NCBI GenBank assembly: GCA_965222375.1
Contig: CBDCTZ010000012.1
Span: forward strand, 1 to 64,000
Direction of reading: 5' to 3'
Length of the DNA stretch: 64,000 nucleotides
Origin: Polyangiaceae bacterium
GTDB lineage: Bacteria; Myxococcota_A; Polyangia; Polyangiales; Polyangiaceae
The position numbers and the translations under genes are program-made. Below, one piece after another: positions 32,984-42,119 of this stretch (its first letter is position 1; each line of letters starts with the position of its first letter). A model generated the notes under the pieces. That model ran no database searches. It was not told the origin of the DNA and saw nothing but the letters and a program-made list of their open reading frames with translations.

Positions 32984-33931
32984 ATGACAGCGTTCTCTTT
33001 TTCTGAGTGGCGAACTCGAGCCTCGCGACATCTAGAGTCGAAGGATCTGTGGCGGGTGATGGGAGACTTCGCTGCCTCAAGCGTTTCGTTGGCGGCAGAC
33101 CGCGACACCGAAAGTGGTCGCCAGGAAGGGCTGGACGCGCGGGATCCGGACTTCATGGATGTGATTTTCGACCTGTCTCGCTTCGTCGGGGAGCGTTACT
33201 TCCGCTACACGGTCGAGGGGATCGAGCACGTCCCGGAGTCTGGGCCCGCGCTACTGGTGGGGAACCACAACGGCGGATTGCAGACCTTCGACAGCCTTTT
33301 GACGATGGTCGCAATCCGCGATCGCCAGGGCGTCGAGCGCGCGGTGCATCCTTTGGCCCACGACATCCTGTTTCAGAAGCCGCGCTTGCGTGAGATCGCC
33401 CTGAAGTTCGGCGCCCTGCGTGCGGGGCACGAGGGCAGTCTGGAGGCGCTTCGGCGCGGACGAATCGTGCTCGTGTACCCGGGGTCGGACCTGGACTCCA
33501 CACGGGCGTTCAAGGATCGTCATCGGATCGAACTCGGCGGTCGCCTTGGCTTTCTGCAGCTCGCGCTGCGTGCCCAGGTGCCCATCGTGCCGGTCGTGAG
33601 TGTTGGCACACACGAGCAGTTCATCGTGCTGACCCGGGGCGAATCGATCGCCAAGAGGCTGGGTCTCAAGCGCATGTTTCGTGCCGAGGTCTTCCCGATT
33701 GTTCTTTCCCTGCCTTGGGGCATCACCTCCGGCTTCCTGCCGTACTTGCCTCTACCTGCTCAGACTTCGATTCGCTTCGGCGCAGCCTTGGATTTCTCCG
33801 AACTCGGACCACAGGCGGCAGAGCAACCCGAGACGCTTCGCGCTCGCTACGAGGAAGTGCGTCGTCAGATGCAGCAGGAACTGGACGCGCTTTCTCGCGG
33901 GCGAGTGCCGTTTGTCGGTCGCTGCCATTGA
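32984..33931 (+). CDS. Lysophospholipid/glycerol acyltransferase (PlsC family), paralog of 10247..11062
   Basis: GNHNGG..FD, YPGSDLD, GTHE; start uncertain. Confidence 0.9.
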   Translation: MTAFSFSEWRTRASRHLESKDLWRVMGDFAASSVSLAADRDTESGRQEGLDARDPDFMDVIFDLSRFVGERYFRYTVEGIEHVPESGPALLVGNHNGGLQTFDSLLTMVAIRDRQGVERAVHPLAHDILFQKPRLREIALKFGALRAGHEGSLEALRRGRIVLVYPGSDLDSTRAFKDRHRIELGGRLGFLQLALRAQVPIVPVVSVGTHEQFIVLTRGESIAKRLGLKRMFRAEVFPIVLSLPWGITSGFLPYLPLPAQTSIRFGAALDFSELGPQAAEQPETLRARYEEVRRQMQQELDALSRGRVPFVGRCH

Positions 33932-34199
33932 CCGATAGTCCCAAGCCACGCGTCTGGCGCATCGCGGCTACATGGTGCGCTGTGGCGTCGCCAGCTCGTG
34001 GCAACCGCGGCGGGCGTCAGAACCGACGATCAGTGTTTCCGCACTGCGTCATTTCGCCGTTTACCGACAGCTTTTCGGAACAAAGCCACGACTCGGCCTC
34101 CGAGATGACAAATGTCCTGCGGCAGCCTGAATTGTACTTGCCCCTATCCGGCCGCGAAGGAAGCGTCACGGTTCGGCGAATCGTCAAGCGGGAGTGAGA

Positions 34200-34391
34200 A
34201 TGGACTATCACAAGGTCATGCAGCTGGGATTGATGCCTCTGTCGCGCACGAAGCCCAACGAGCGCGGCAAGTCGCGGCGCACTCCCGATGACCCTGCCAG
34301 TGACACCGCAGCCGCATCCTCGCCGGTGGCGACGCAGGTGGAGCAAGACCCCACGGTCCTCGACAAGCCCCTCGAAAACGTCGCGCGTTGA
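34200..34391 (+). CDS. Small hypothetical protein
   Basis: GGGAG RBS before ATG 34200; no recognisable motif. Confidence 0.3.
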   Translation: MDYHKVMQLGLMPLSRTKPNERGKSRRTPDDPASDTAAASSPVATQVEQDPTVLDKPLENVAR

Positions 34392-34399
34392 GCTCACGC

Positions 34400-34810
34400 C
34401 TACTCGGCGCAGTGGAAGCCAATCTCGTCATTGGCTGTCGTGCTGAGGGCCGCGCTGCGAGCTGAGCAACGGGACTTCTTCACGTTGCTGTTCCAGCTGC
34501 CGCCGCGGTGCACTCGCACTCCGCCGGCGCTCGGACCTTTGGGATCTTTGGGCGGGCTCGTCGCGTGGTAGCCCGCATCGCAGAAGTCTGCGGTCCATTC
34601 AGCTCCGTTCCCAGACATATCTAGAGCGCCCAGGGGGCTGGCGCCGGTCGTTTTGGTTCCCACCGCCACGGTGTCGAAGGAGCAGAGGTTTGCGCTGGCG
34701 AAGCCACAGTTTGCTTGGAAGAGCTTGCCCGTGTCGCTCCAGCAGGCCTTCTCCCCCTCCGCCTCTGACGGCTTCGGACGCGGGCATGGGCTCGCGTTTC
34801 CGTTCAGCAT
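34400..34810 (-). pseudogene. Truncated FGE-sulfatase (SUMF1-like) domain
   Basis: Degenerate motifs PSEAEGEKA, DMSGNGAEW, RGGSW, GFHCA; N-terminal half absent. Confidence 0.75.
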
Positions 34811-34848
34811 ACCGTCGCGTTGCTGCGAGCACCATCGCGCAAGGTGGG

Positions 34849-36168
34849 TTAGCGGCGGCGCATCACTCCGGTCACGATTTGGTAGGCGACGCTCAAAGCC
34901 ACGTCCTTGCCAAGGGTCGGGTTTTTGGGGATCTCCTTGGCGACTCCGAGGTGGGTATCTGGAGGTTCCTGTGCGTCAATGTCGGACGTAGTCTTGGGGC
35001 CGCCCGTTATGGGGCGACTGGAGCCTTCGGCCGGAAGGTGATTCTCCAGATCCGATTCGCGGAGGACCCCAAAACTCTTGTCGGGCATGACTCCGGCCTG
35101 GACCTGTACATCGGGTTCGATGCCTTGCGCCTGAATCGCGCGGCCCTTCGGCGTGTAGTAGCGCATGCTCGTGAGGCGCAGCCCCGCACCGCCCGGCAGG
35201 TCCGCAATGGTCTGAACAGAGCCTTTGCCAAAGGTGCGCGCGCCAACGACTGTCGCCCGGTTCTGGTCTTGGACTGCTCCGGCCACCAGCTCAGCGGCGC
35301 TGGCGCTGTATTCGTTGACCAGCACGACCAGTGGCCCTCGCCGCAGAGAGCCGCTGCGGGTGGCTTTGACCTCATCGATCACTTTCTTCCGATGTCGAGT
35401 CGTAAAAACCACGCCGCCCTCGAGCATTTCGTCCGCGACCGCCGTTGCCTCGGAAACGAGCCCTCCCGGGTTGTTGCGCATATCCAAGAGCACGCCCGCT
35501 AGGGGGCCGCCGTTTTCGTTGCGAAGCCGTGCGATGGCTTCGAGGAGCTCGGTATGGGTGCCGGTCTGAAACTGCTTGATGCGGATGTAGCCGATTTCGC
35601 TGTCCATCAACTCCTCGGCCACGCTGGAGACTTCGATGATCTCCCGCGTCAGCTTGAAGTGGATCATCTCGGGCTTGTCTTTGCGTCGAATTCCGACAAT
35701 GACCTTGGTTCCCGGCGCGCCGCGCATCCATCTCACCAGCTCTTCGGGCGACTTGCCCCGTACGCTCTGGTTGTCGATGGCGATGATGCGGTCACCGGAT
35801 TCGACACCCGCTTTCTCAGCCGGGGACCCCTCGATGGGAGCGATAACCGTGATGCCGCCATCACTGAAATCGACCTCTACCCCGATCCCCCCAAAGCGCC
35901 CCTCGGTGTCTGCCTGAAAGACCGCGTAGTCTTCTGGGGGCATGTAGGCCGAGTGCGGATCCAGCTCCGCCACCATTCCCTTGATCGCGCCTTCTGCTAG
36001 GCGTCGTCGCTCGACGGGATCGACGTATTCGTGCTCCACCATCACGAGCACCCGTGCCATTTGCGCAAGCACGTCGTAGGGACTTTCGGCACCTGGAGCA
36101 GCGACAGCATGGGTGGCCGAAAGGGTGAGGACGAGTAGCACTGCGGTTTGCGCGGAGCGTGCGAACAT
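34849..36168 (-). CDS. Carboxyl-terminal processing protease, S41 family
   Basis: LDPHSAY, PDZ domain, DMRNNPGG, SASAAE, TFGKGSVQ. Confidence 0.96.
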   Translation of the reverse strand: MFARSAQTAVLLVLTLSATHAVAAPGAESPYDVLAQMARVLVMVEHEYVDPVERRRLAEGAIKGMVAELDPHSAYMPPEDYAVFQADTEGRFGGIGVEVDFSDGGITVIAPIEGSPAEKAGVESGDRIIAIDNQSVRGKSPEELVRWMRGAPGTKVIVGIRRKDKPEMIHFKLTREIIEVSSVAEELMDSEIGYIRIKQFQTGTHTELLEAIARLRNENGGPLAGVLLDMRNNPGGLVSEATAVADEMLEGGVVFTTRHRKKVIDEVKATRSGSLRRGPLVVLVNEYSASAAELVAGAVQDQNRATVVGARTFGKGSVQTIADLPGGAGLRLTSMRYYTPKGRAIQAQGIEPDVQVQAGVMPDKSFGVLRESDLENHLPAEGSSRPITGGPKTTSDIDAQEPPDTHLGVAKEIPKNPTLGKDVALSVAYQIVTGVMRRR

Positions 36169-36368
36169 CTGCCCCAGATTAGTCGGCCACGCAGCGCATT
36201 TCGAGGGGCCTTCGAACGCCTCGTCGGATGCGCGCATCCCGCGACCCTGGCGCCTCATGGGGCTCTTGCCGGCGTAATGGGAAAAATCCTTTGATTATGG
36301 GAGCCTGTAGGTGATACTCGGAGCATGACTTGGGTCTGTATACAGGGCCCTACATGGTGGAGCGCTAC

Positions 36369-36587
36369 GTGGCGGACGATTCGAACAAGGGTGGCAGCGA
36401 CAAGCGCAAACAAAGTCTCTATTTTCCCGAGGCAATGCTTCAGGAAATAAAGGACGAAGCAGCACGTCTGGACCGAAGTTTGTCCTGGGTCGTGCAGCGC
36501 GCTTGGAAGCTCGCACGACTCGAAATCAAAAAGATTCCCAGCGTCAACGACATCGGTGACGACGACGACTCCGACTCCGCGAGCTGA
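36369..36587 (+). CDS. TIGR04563-like myxobacterial small protein (RHH-like)
   Basis: DKRKQSLYFPEAML.EI..EA.RLDRSLSWVVQRAWK. Confidence 0.9.
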   Translation: MADDSNKGGSDKRKQSLYFPEAMLQEIKDEAARLDRSLSWVVQRAWKLARLEIKKIPSVNDIGDDDDSDSAS

Positions 36588-37461
36588 GCCACGCAAGGTG
36601 GAGCGGTTCACGGTCGGGCGTGACGGTACCAAGCTATACTTGCGCGCGCGTGCGGGGCCGTCCCCGGTCACAGCGGTCCTTTGCGACGGGATTTGCTGCG
36701 ACGGATTCGTCTACAAATATCTATGGGATGGTCTCCAGCGGCTGCTCTCAGTAGCCCACTGGAACTACCGAGGGCATGGGCGCAGCGGCGCCCCAGCAGA
36801 CCCGGATTTCATTGATGTCGCCGCCCACGCCTCGGATCTGGACGCCGTGCGTCGTGCCCTCGATGACCCCCCGGTCGTATTGGTGGGACACTCCTTTGGC
36901 ACCCAGGTGGCGTTGGAGGCCTATCGACTGCGACCCGAGAAGATTGTCGCCATGGTGTTCCTGTGCGGTAGCTTCGGTCGGGTGACCCACACCTTCAAGG
37001 GAACCGACGTGCTCGCGCAAATCTTGCCGCGGTTGAGAGAACTCTCGGGCGCGCACCCGAAGATCGCGCGTGCTCTATGGTCCCGAGTGCCACCAAAGAT
37101 GGCGGTGCGTATCGGCATGCTCACTGGGGATTTGGATGCGCGTACGGTTCGGCCCGAGGACGTCGAGCCCTACTTCCGCCATGTCGCCCACATCGACTTT
37201 CCGATGTTCGTGCGCATGCTGGAGTATGCCGGGGAACACTCCGCGGAAGATCTTCTGCCGAAGATCGACGTTCCGGTGCTGGTCGTCGCTGGGGATAGAG
37301 ACTCCTTCACCCCGCCGGAGCTGAGCGCGCAAATGGCCGACGCACTGCCTCGCGGCGAGCTGGTCATGCTGGCCGGGGGCACTCATGTCGCGCCCTTGGA
37401 GCAGGATGAGCTAGTGGGATTGCGGATCGAGAAATTCTTGACCGAACATCGGCTGCCATGA
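36556..37461 (+). CDS. Alpha/beta hydrolase
   Basis: YRGHGRS, GHSFG, GDRD, GTH. Confidence 0.93.
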   Translation: MTTTTPTPRAEPRKVERFTVGRDGTKLYLRARAGPSPVTAVLCDGICCDGFVYKYLWDGLQRLLSVAHWNYRGHGRSGAPADPDFIDVAAHASDLDAVRRALDDPPVVLVGHSFGTQVALEAYRLRPEKIVAMVFLCGSFGRVTHTFKGTDVLAQILPRLRELSGAHPKIARALWSRVPPKMAVRIGMLTGDLDARTVRPEDVEPYFRHVAHIDFPMFVRMLEYAGEHSAEDLLPKIDVPVLVVAGDRDSFTPPELSAQMADALPRGELVMLAGGTHVAPLEQDELVGLRIEKFLTEHRLP

Positions 37462-38450
37462 ATCGCGGATTGGCTCTGTGCGCGCTGCTCGTCCTGGGTT
37501 GCGACTCCAAAGCGCCGCAGCCAGCAGCGGCAAATAGCGCCCCAGCGCCGAATTCGGCGAAGGGCGTGGCAGCTCCTCCGCCCTCGGCCTCCTCGGTAGC
37601 AGCGGCGCCCAAGGCACCGAAGAAGGCGCAGCGGGCGCCCAGAGAGAAGGTTCGCCACGGGACGCTGATTGACGTGGCGAAAGCGTCGACCACCTATCAG
37701 GGGCGACTGCGCGAAGGTGGCAGCGTTGCCATCGTCTTCGCGACCAAGGCCGCCCCCCTTGCTCCTCGCGCGCCGGGGGCACATGCAGGGCTGTCAGCGG
37801 AGATCTCACCTGCGTCGGTGGCGCCGACGGCCATTCGTCGCCTGCCGCTGAGGGCTGTGCTGGTTGCAGCCGCGGACAACAAGACGCGTCGACAGCTGGC
37901 CAAGGAGCTTCGCGTATTGGCGGATGGACACGTGGAAGCGGCGGTGGTTCTTCTGCCTCAACGCCGTATGGTCACGCTGGAAGTGGGTCGCATGCTGGAG
38001 GGGACCCGCGGACACAAGTGGGAGACCGAGCTCATGAGTCGTACGCCGCCGACGGAGCCACTGGCTCTGCTCGCCGCGTACCAGAGCATCTTGGCAGTGG
38101 ATGCGCTGTGCATGAATCTCCGCCGGTCCAAGGTCGTGATTGACGAGAAGAGCTCTTCGGTGCTTGCCCTCGACGACAATGACGCCTTTTCCGCTTCTGG
38201 ACGCGACGGGGCAATCGGAGACCCGCTGCCCCGTCTCAGTCGTCACCTGGTGTTTTCGAAGGCTCTCGAGCAGCGCCTTCGCAAGCTGGACCGCACGCGG
38301 ATCGAAGCCGCGTTGCGCTCCCCGGAGGTCGGCCTGCTCGTAACACCGAAGCAGGTTGACGAAGTCGAGCAGCGCCGACTGGCGCTGCTCAGGCTGCTAG
38401 ACCGACGGATCAAGCGGCGCGGCCGAGACAAAACCCTGGCATTGCCCTGA
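37458..38450 (+). CDS. Lipoprotein, Fam20C/four-jointed-like (pseudo)kinase
   Basis: VLGC lipobox; DALCMNLRR, LALDDNDAF, FSKALEQRLRKLD, RRLALL..G.DKTL. Confidence 0.55.
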   Translation: MNRGLALCALLVLGCDSKAPQPAAANSAPAPNSAKGVAAPPPSASSVAAAPKAPKKAQRAPREKVRHGTLIDVAKASTTYQGRLREGGSVAIVFATKAAPLAPRAPGAHAGLSAEISPASVAPTAIRRLPLRAVLVAAADNKTRRQLAKELRVLADGHVEAAVVLLPQRRMVTLEVGRMLEGTRGHKWETELMSRTPPTEPLALLAAYQSILAVDALCMNLRRSKVVIDEKSSSVLALDDNDAFSASGRDGAIGDPLPRLSRHLVFSKALEQRLRKLDRTRIEAALRSPEVGLLVTPKQVDEVEQRRLALLRLLDRRIKRRGRDKTLALP

Positions 38451-38474
38451 TCTCGCCGCACGCGGTATAGATCG

Positions 38475-39191
38475 TTGGTGTCAGATCCGCTGCCCAAGTC
38501 GCCGCTGGTTGGGTCACTCTTGGGGCTCGCCGCCCATGACCTCCGCAACCCACTGTCTGCCTTGCGCAGCAACCTGGGCTATCTGGAGAGCGCGCTGCGG
38601 CCAGACGACGAGGACACCCAGGAGGCGCTGAGCGACGCTCTGGTCTCCTGTGACAGCTTGCTGCGCATCATCGACAACCTGGATTTGCTGGGCCGCACCT
38701 TGCGCGGCGACACGGTTGCCCTCGCAAGCATGCCGGCTCACGGCATCATCCAAGACGTCATCGTTCAGAACACCGCCCTGGCCAAAAGCCATGAAACCAG
38801 TATCAACTTCGACGCTGGCAGTGTGCCCGAGTCCACCTGGGTCGAATCCGAGCGTCAGGCCTTGGCTGCGGCCCTGTCCAATCTGATCCGAAACGGTATT
38901 CAGCACGGTGGGCGCGGTCCGGTGCGCGTGAGCATCAGCCTGGAAGGCGACGACTTCATCATCGCCGTCCGGGACCCCGGGGAGGCCATTCCGGACGAGG
39001 CGTGGGAAACTGCGACCAGCGCGGTGGGCCAGTTGGCTGCGAAGAAGCAGAGCGCAGCACGCTACGGCTATGGCTTTGGCCTGTACGCGGCCCTAGCGGC
39101 CGCGACCGCTGCAGGTGCGACTTTGGGGCACGGCGCGGAGCCCGGCGGCGGTAGCTTGATGTTCCTGAAGCTCAAGTGCAGCAAGGAATAG
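38475..39191 (+). CDS. Sensor-less histidine kinase (HisKA + HATPase)
   Basis: AHDLRNPL, NLIRNGIQH, VRDPG, GYGFGL. Confidence 0.88.
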   Translation: MVSDPLPKSPLVGSLLGLAAHDLRNPLSALRSNLGYLESALRPDDEDTQEALSDALVSCDSLLRIIDNLDLLGRTLRGDTVALASMPAHGIIQDVIVQNTALAKSHETSINFDAGSVPESTWVESERQALAAALSNLIRNGIQHGGRGPVRVSISLEGDDFIIAVRDPGEAIPDEAWETATSAVGQLAAKKQSAARYGYGFGLYAALAAATAAGATLGHGAEPGGGSLMFLKLKCSKE

Positions 39192-39200
39192 GCAGGCCGC

Positions 39201-40397
39201 TCAGGGCTGAACGATGCTCACAGCGTCCGGATCGCGATGCAGGAGCTTGCCGGTCTCCCCGAGGCACCCCCAACAGGTACTGAAATGCAGTCGCGGCCGG
39301 ATGTATCCGCTGTACGCAAACGCGACGGGGCCCGGTTCCCGGTTCATGATGTAGCTTGCCGATAGTGCGTAGCGGTTCTTGCCGAGCACGTGGAAGGCAA
39401 CAACGAAGCTCACGTCTTTGCCTGAGCGGGCTGCGACGAGTAAGAATTCGGAGCCTGCCACCGGGTTCCAGATCAGGGGCTTCACCGTGAACAAGAAGCC
39501 TTTCTTGTCCCCTGGGCCGCGGGCGATCACGGTGTTGGCAGCGTCCGGATCGCGAAAGAATTTGATGTCTTTGGCGAGGCGTTTGGTCTTTGGGTGTGCC
39601 GCCAGGATGGCCTCTAACTCTTTGGCCGTTATCCGGACCTTTCGAAAGGTCGGCCCCAGGCGCGGTTCTTTGACGACGGCAGCGTTTGGAGCTCCAGCGC
39701 AGCAACGGAACGTGAGGTCGTCACTCTTGGTCTTTGGATCGATTCCCCGACGTGCGGCGCAGCGGTGCTGGGTTGGAGGCTCTTGTCGACTCCCGCCACG
39801 GACCGAGGCGCGGCGGGGGCCGTCTTCTGGAACGACGTCACTGTTCGTCCACTCCCGCAGCGCGGCTCCCATGCCCAGGGCTTCGAACCCTGTCGCGCAG
39901 GTTCGCGGCTCATCGGCGCAGCGGGGGTCCCAGGCGGCGCCGGTCGGGTAGCGCTCTTCGCCTGGCCCTCGACAGGCGCGCTCCCACTCCAGCTCCGTGC
40001 AGAGTCGGGCCCCCCGCAGGGCACACTTCTTCTGAGCTTCCTCGCGCGAAACCGCGACTAGCGGTGGCTTTGCCGGATCGTTGGGGTAGGGCAGGCGATC
40101 GATCTTGAACGCGCCCAGCTCCATGGGAGCCGCTAGGGGCTCGAGTTGAGGAAGGCGCCCCGCTTCGCCCGGCACGCTTCCGGCGACGAACTCACCCGCG
40201 GGGACGTCCACGCGCTCCCCGGAAAGCGGCGCATGCTTTGGCGCCCGGGCCGAACCCGTTGGCTCCGCTGATGTCGCCGGCGCGCTCGGGTTGGACGTGG
40301 CGCTTGCGGTTGGCGCCGGATCCGAGGCTTCCTGCTTGCAGCCAGCCGCGCATGTGAGAAGCGCGACCCGCGCGAACGACGACACTGAGATACGCAC
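39201..40397 (-). CDS. FGE-sulfatase (SUMF1-like) domain lipoprotein
   Basis: AAGC lipobox, FKIDRLPYPN, RLCTELEWERAC, REWT, TFRCC. Confidence 0.85.
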   Translation of the reverse strand: MRISVSSFARVALLTCAAGCKQEASDPAPTASATSNPSAPATSAEPTGSARAPKHAPLSGERVDVPAGEFVAGSVPGEAGRLPQLEPLAAPMELGAFKIDRLPYPNDPAKPPLVAVSREEAQKKCALRGARLCTELEWERACRGPGEERYPTGAAWDPRCADEPRTCATGFEALGMGAALREWTNSDVVPEDGPRRASVRGGSRQEPPTQHRCAARRGIDPKTKSDDLTFRCCAGAPNAAVVKEPRLGPTFRKVRITAKELEAILAAHPKTKRLAKDIKFFRDPDAANTVIARGPGDKKGFLFTVKPLIWNPVAGSEFLLVAARSGKDVSFVVAFHVLGKNRYALSASYIMNREPGPVAFAYSGYIRPRLHFSTCWGCLGETGKLLHRDPDAVSIVQP

Positions 40398-40576
40398 CGC
40401 GCGGTAGCCTACTTGTGACTGCGTGCATTCTGAAGTCCGTTGCCCACGCACCGTGTCCGAGCGGTCGAGGCTGCGACCGCAGCTGCGGGAAGGCAACGAC
40501 CTGACCGAGCTCAATGTTAACAATGTTAACTTTGCAACAAACTGGCCCAAGACCCAGCGAGAGCTAGGATGAGCCT

Positions 40577-40837
40577 GTGCCCCACCCCTTGGCCACGCAG
40601 CTCGCGCCCATCATCGACTTGGAGGTCGGGCAACTGCAATCCATCGTGGCCCGTTGGGTCGTCAACGAGCCGGATGAACTGGAGCGAGCGCGCTATCGGA
40701 CCTTTGGCGCGCGGCTGCGGGGCTTGAAAGAGCGAATCGTCGCCCGACCCCAACCACCGAGCGATGAAGAAGTCGAGATCGCGATCACCGCGATGCTTGC
40801 GCTAGCAGGCAGACGCGAGCGCGACCGAAGGGCGTGA
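40577..40837 (+). CDS. Small hypothetical helical protein
   Basis: TAGGAT 6 nt before GTG; GTGA overlap with the next gene. Confidence 0.7.
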   Translation: MPHPLATQLAPIIDLEVGQLQSIVARWVVNEPDELERARYRTFGARLRGLKERIVARPQPPSDEEVEIAITAMLALAGRRERDRRA

Positions 40838-41985
40838 CCGCCAGCTTCGCGGAGCGACAACTGGGGAGCGTTCGTGACACGCTCCGAATCGCTTGTCCTA
40901 GAGCACTCTCCGCAACCGGCGATGTGCTGCAGCTTTGTCGACATGCGCTGCGCAACCCAATCGCGAGTACGCCCATTGAGGAATTGGGGCGATCCGCGAA
41001 AGACATCGCGATCATCGTCAGTGATTCCAGTCGGGAAGAGCCTCGAGAAGCGTTTCTAACAGCGCTGCTGGAGGTTTTGGCTCGGGACCGCGTGAAGCTG
41101 GTCGTCGCTAGCGGCACCCACGCAGGGGCGGGCGACTCTGTAGTGCCTCAGGCGTTTTCGGACATGCCCATCTGCGTGCATGACGCTGCCGACCCGACTT
41201 TGGTGCGGAGCCTCGGAAAAACCTCGAAAAACACCCAAGTTCGCCTGCATCACGCCGTCGCCGAAGCGGACTTGGTCATCGCCACGGGGCGGGTGCGACC
41301 CCACTACTTCGCTGGCGTGTCGGGCGGGGTCAAAGCGGTGTTTCCGGGCTGCGCCTGGGCGGAGGATGCCTTGCAAAATCACTTGTTGAAGGCTGACCCG
41401 AGCGCCCGCCTCGGCCGGGTGGATGACAACGTGTGTCGCCTCGACATGGAAGAGGCATGCAGCCGTGTTCCGGGTCGAGTGGTCATACTCAACGTGCTGT
41501 GCGACGTCGACGGTAATGCAGTGGCGGCTGCGAGCGGTGACCCAGTTCGGGCGCATCGCGTCCTTGCCGCGGAGGCGACGAAGGTCTTCTCGGTTTCACT
41601 GCCTGCCTCGGACGTACTCGTCGTGGCCGACAAACCACCAGTCAGCCACACCTTGTACCAGGCTTCGAAACTTGTGCCGCCCGCTGGCGCGGTGTTGAAC
41701 GCTGGCGGAACGGTGATTGTCGTCGCTGATTGCAGTGGCGGGCTGGGTCCTCTCGAACGCGTCAATCGGGGCATCTATGCCCTCGGGCTCAAGCCGCAAC
41801 TTCCGGAGGATCACGAAATCTGGCTAGTCAGTGAGCTGGCAGATCCCGTCGTCGCGATGAGCTACGCGCGACCCAAACCCTCGTTGCGGCAGGCACTTGC
41901 CGAGGCGGAACGGCGTCACCCTGGGGCTGAGCTCAACGCGCTCTGGAGAGCAGGGGAGGCCATTGTTTCCCGGAGAGTTTCATGA
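40834..41985 (+). CDS. LarA-family (nickel-pincer) racemase/epimerase
   Basis: VSDSSR, ASGTH, PHYFAGVSGGVK, NH, LYQASK match LarA catalytic motifs. Confidence 0.9.
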   Translation: MTASFAERQLGSVRDTLRIACPRALSATGDVLQLCRHALRNPIASTPIEELGRSAKDIAIIVSDSSREEPREAFLTALLEVLARDRVKLVVASGTHAGAGDSVVPQAFSDMPICVHDAADPTLVRSLGKTSKNTQVRLHHAVAEADLVIATGRVRPHYFAGVSGGVKAVFPGCAWAEDALQNHLLKADPSARLGRVDDNVCRLDMEEACSRVPGRVVILNVLCDVDGNAVAAASGDPVRAHRVLAAEATKVFSVSLPASDVLVVADKPPVSHTLYQASKLVPPAGAVLNAGGTVIVVADCSGGLGPLERVNRGIYALGLKPQLPEDHEIWLVSELADPVVAMSYARPKPSLRQALAEAERRHPGAELNALWRAGEAIVSRRVS

Positions 41986-42119
41986 CGCGTCGCGCCGCGC
42001 CCCGCCCCGTAAAGTCTTGGGCAGCGCGCTCCGACCATGACGTGTCGCGCAATTCGGGCTAAAAGAAGCGTCCCCCGGCGCGCCCTCGCCCGCGATGCGC
42101 ACGCCACTCCCCACGAGGA

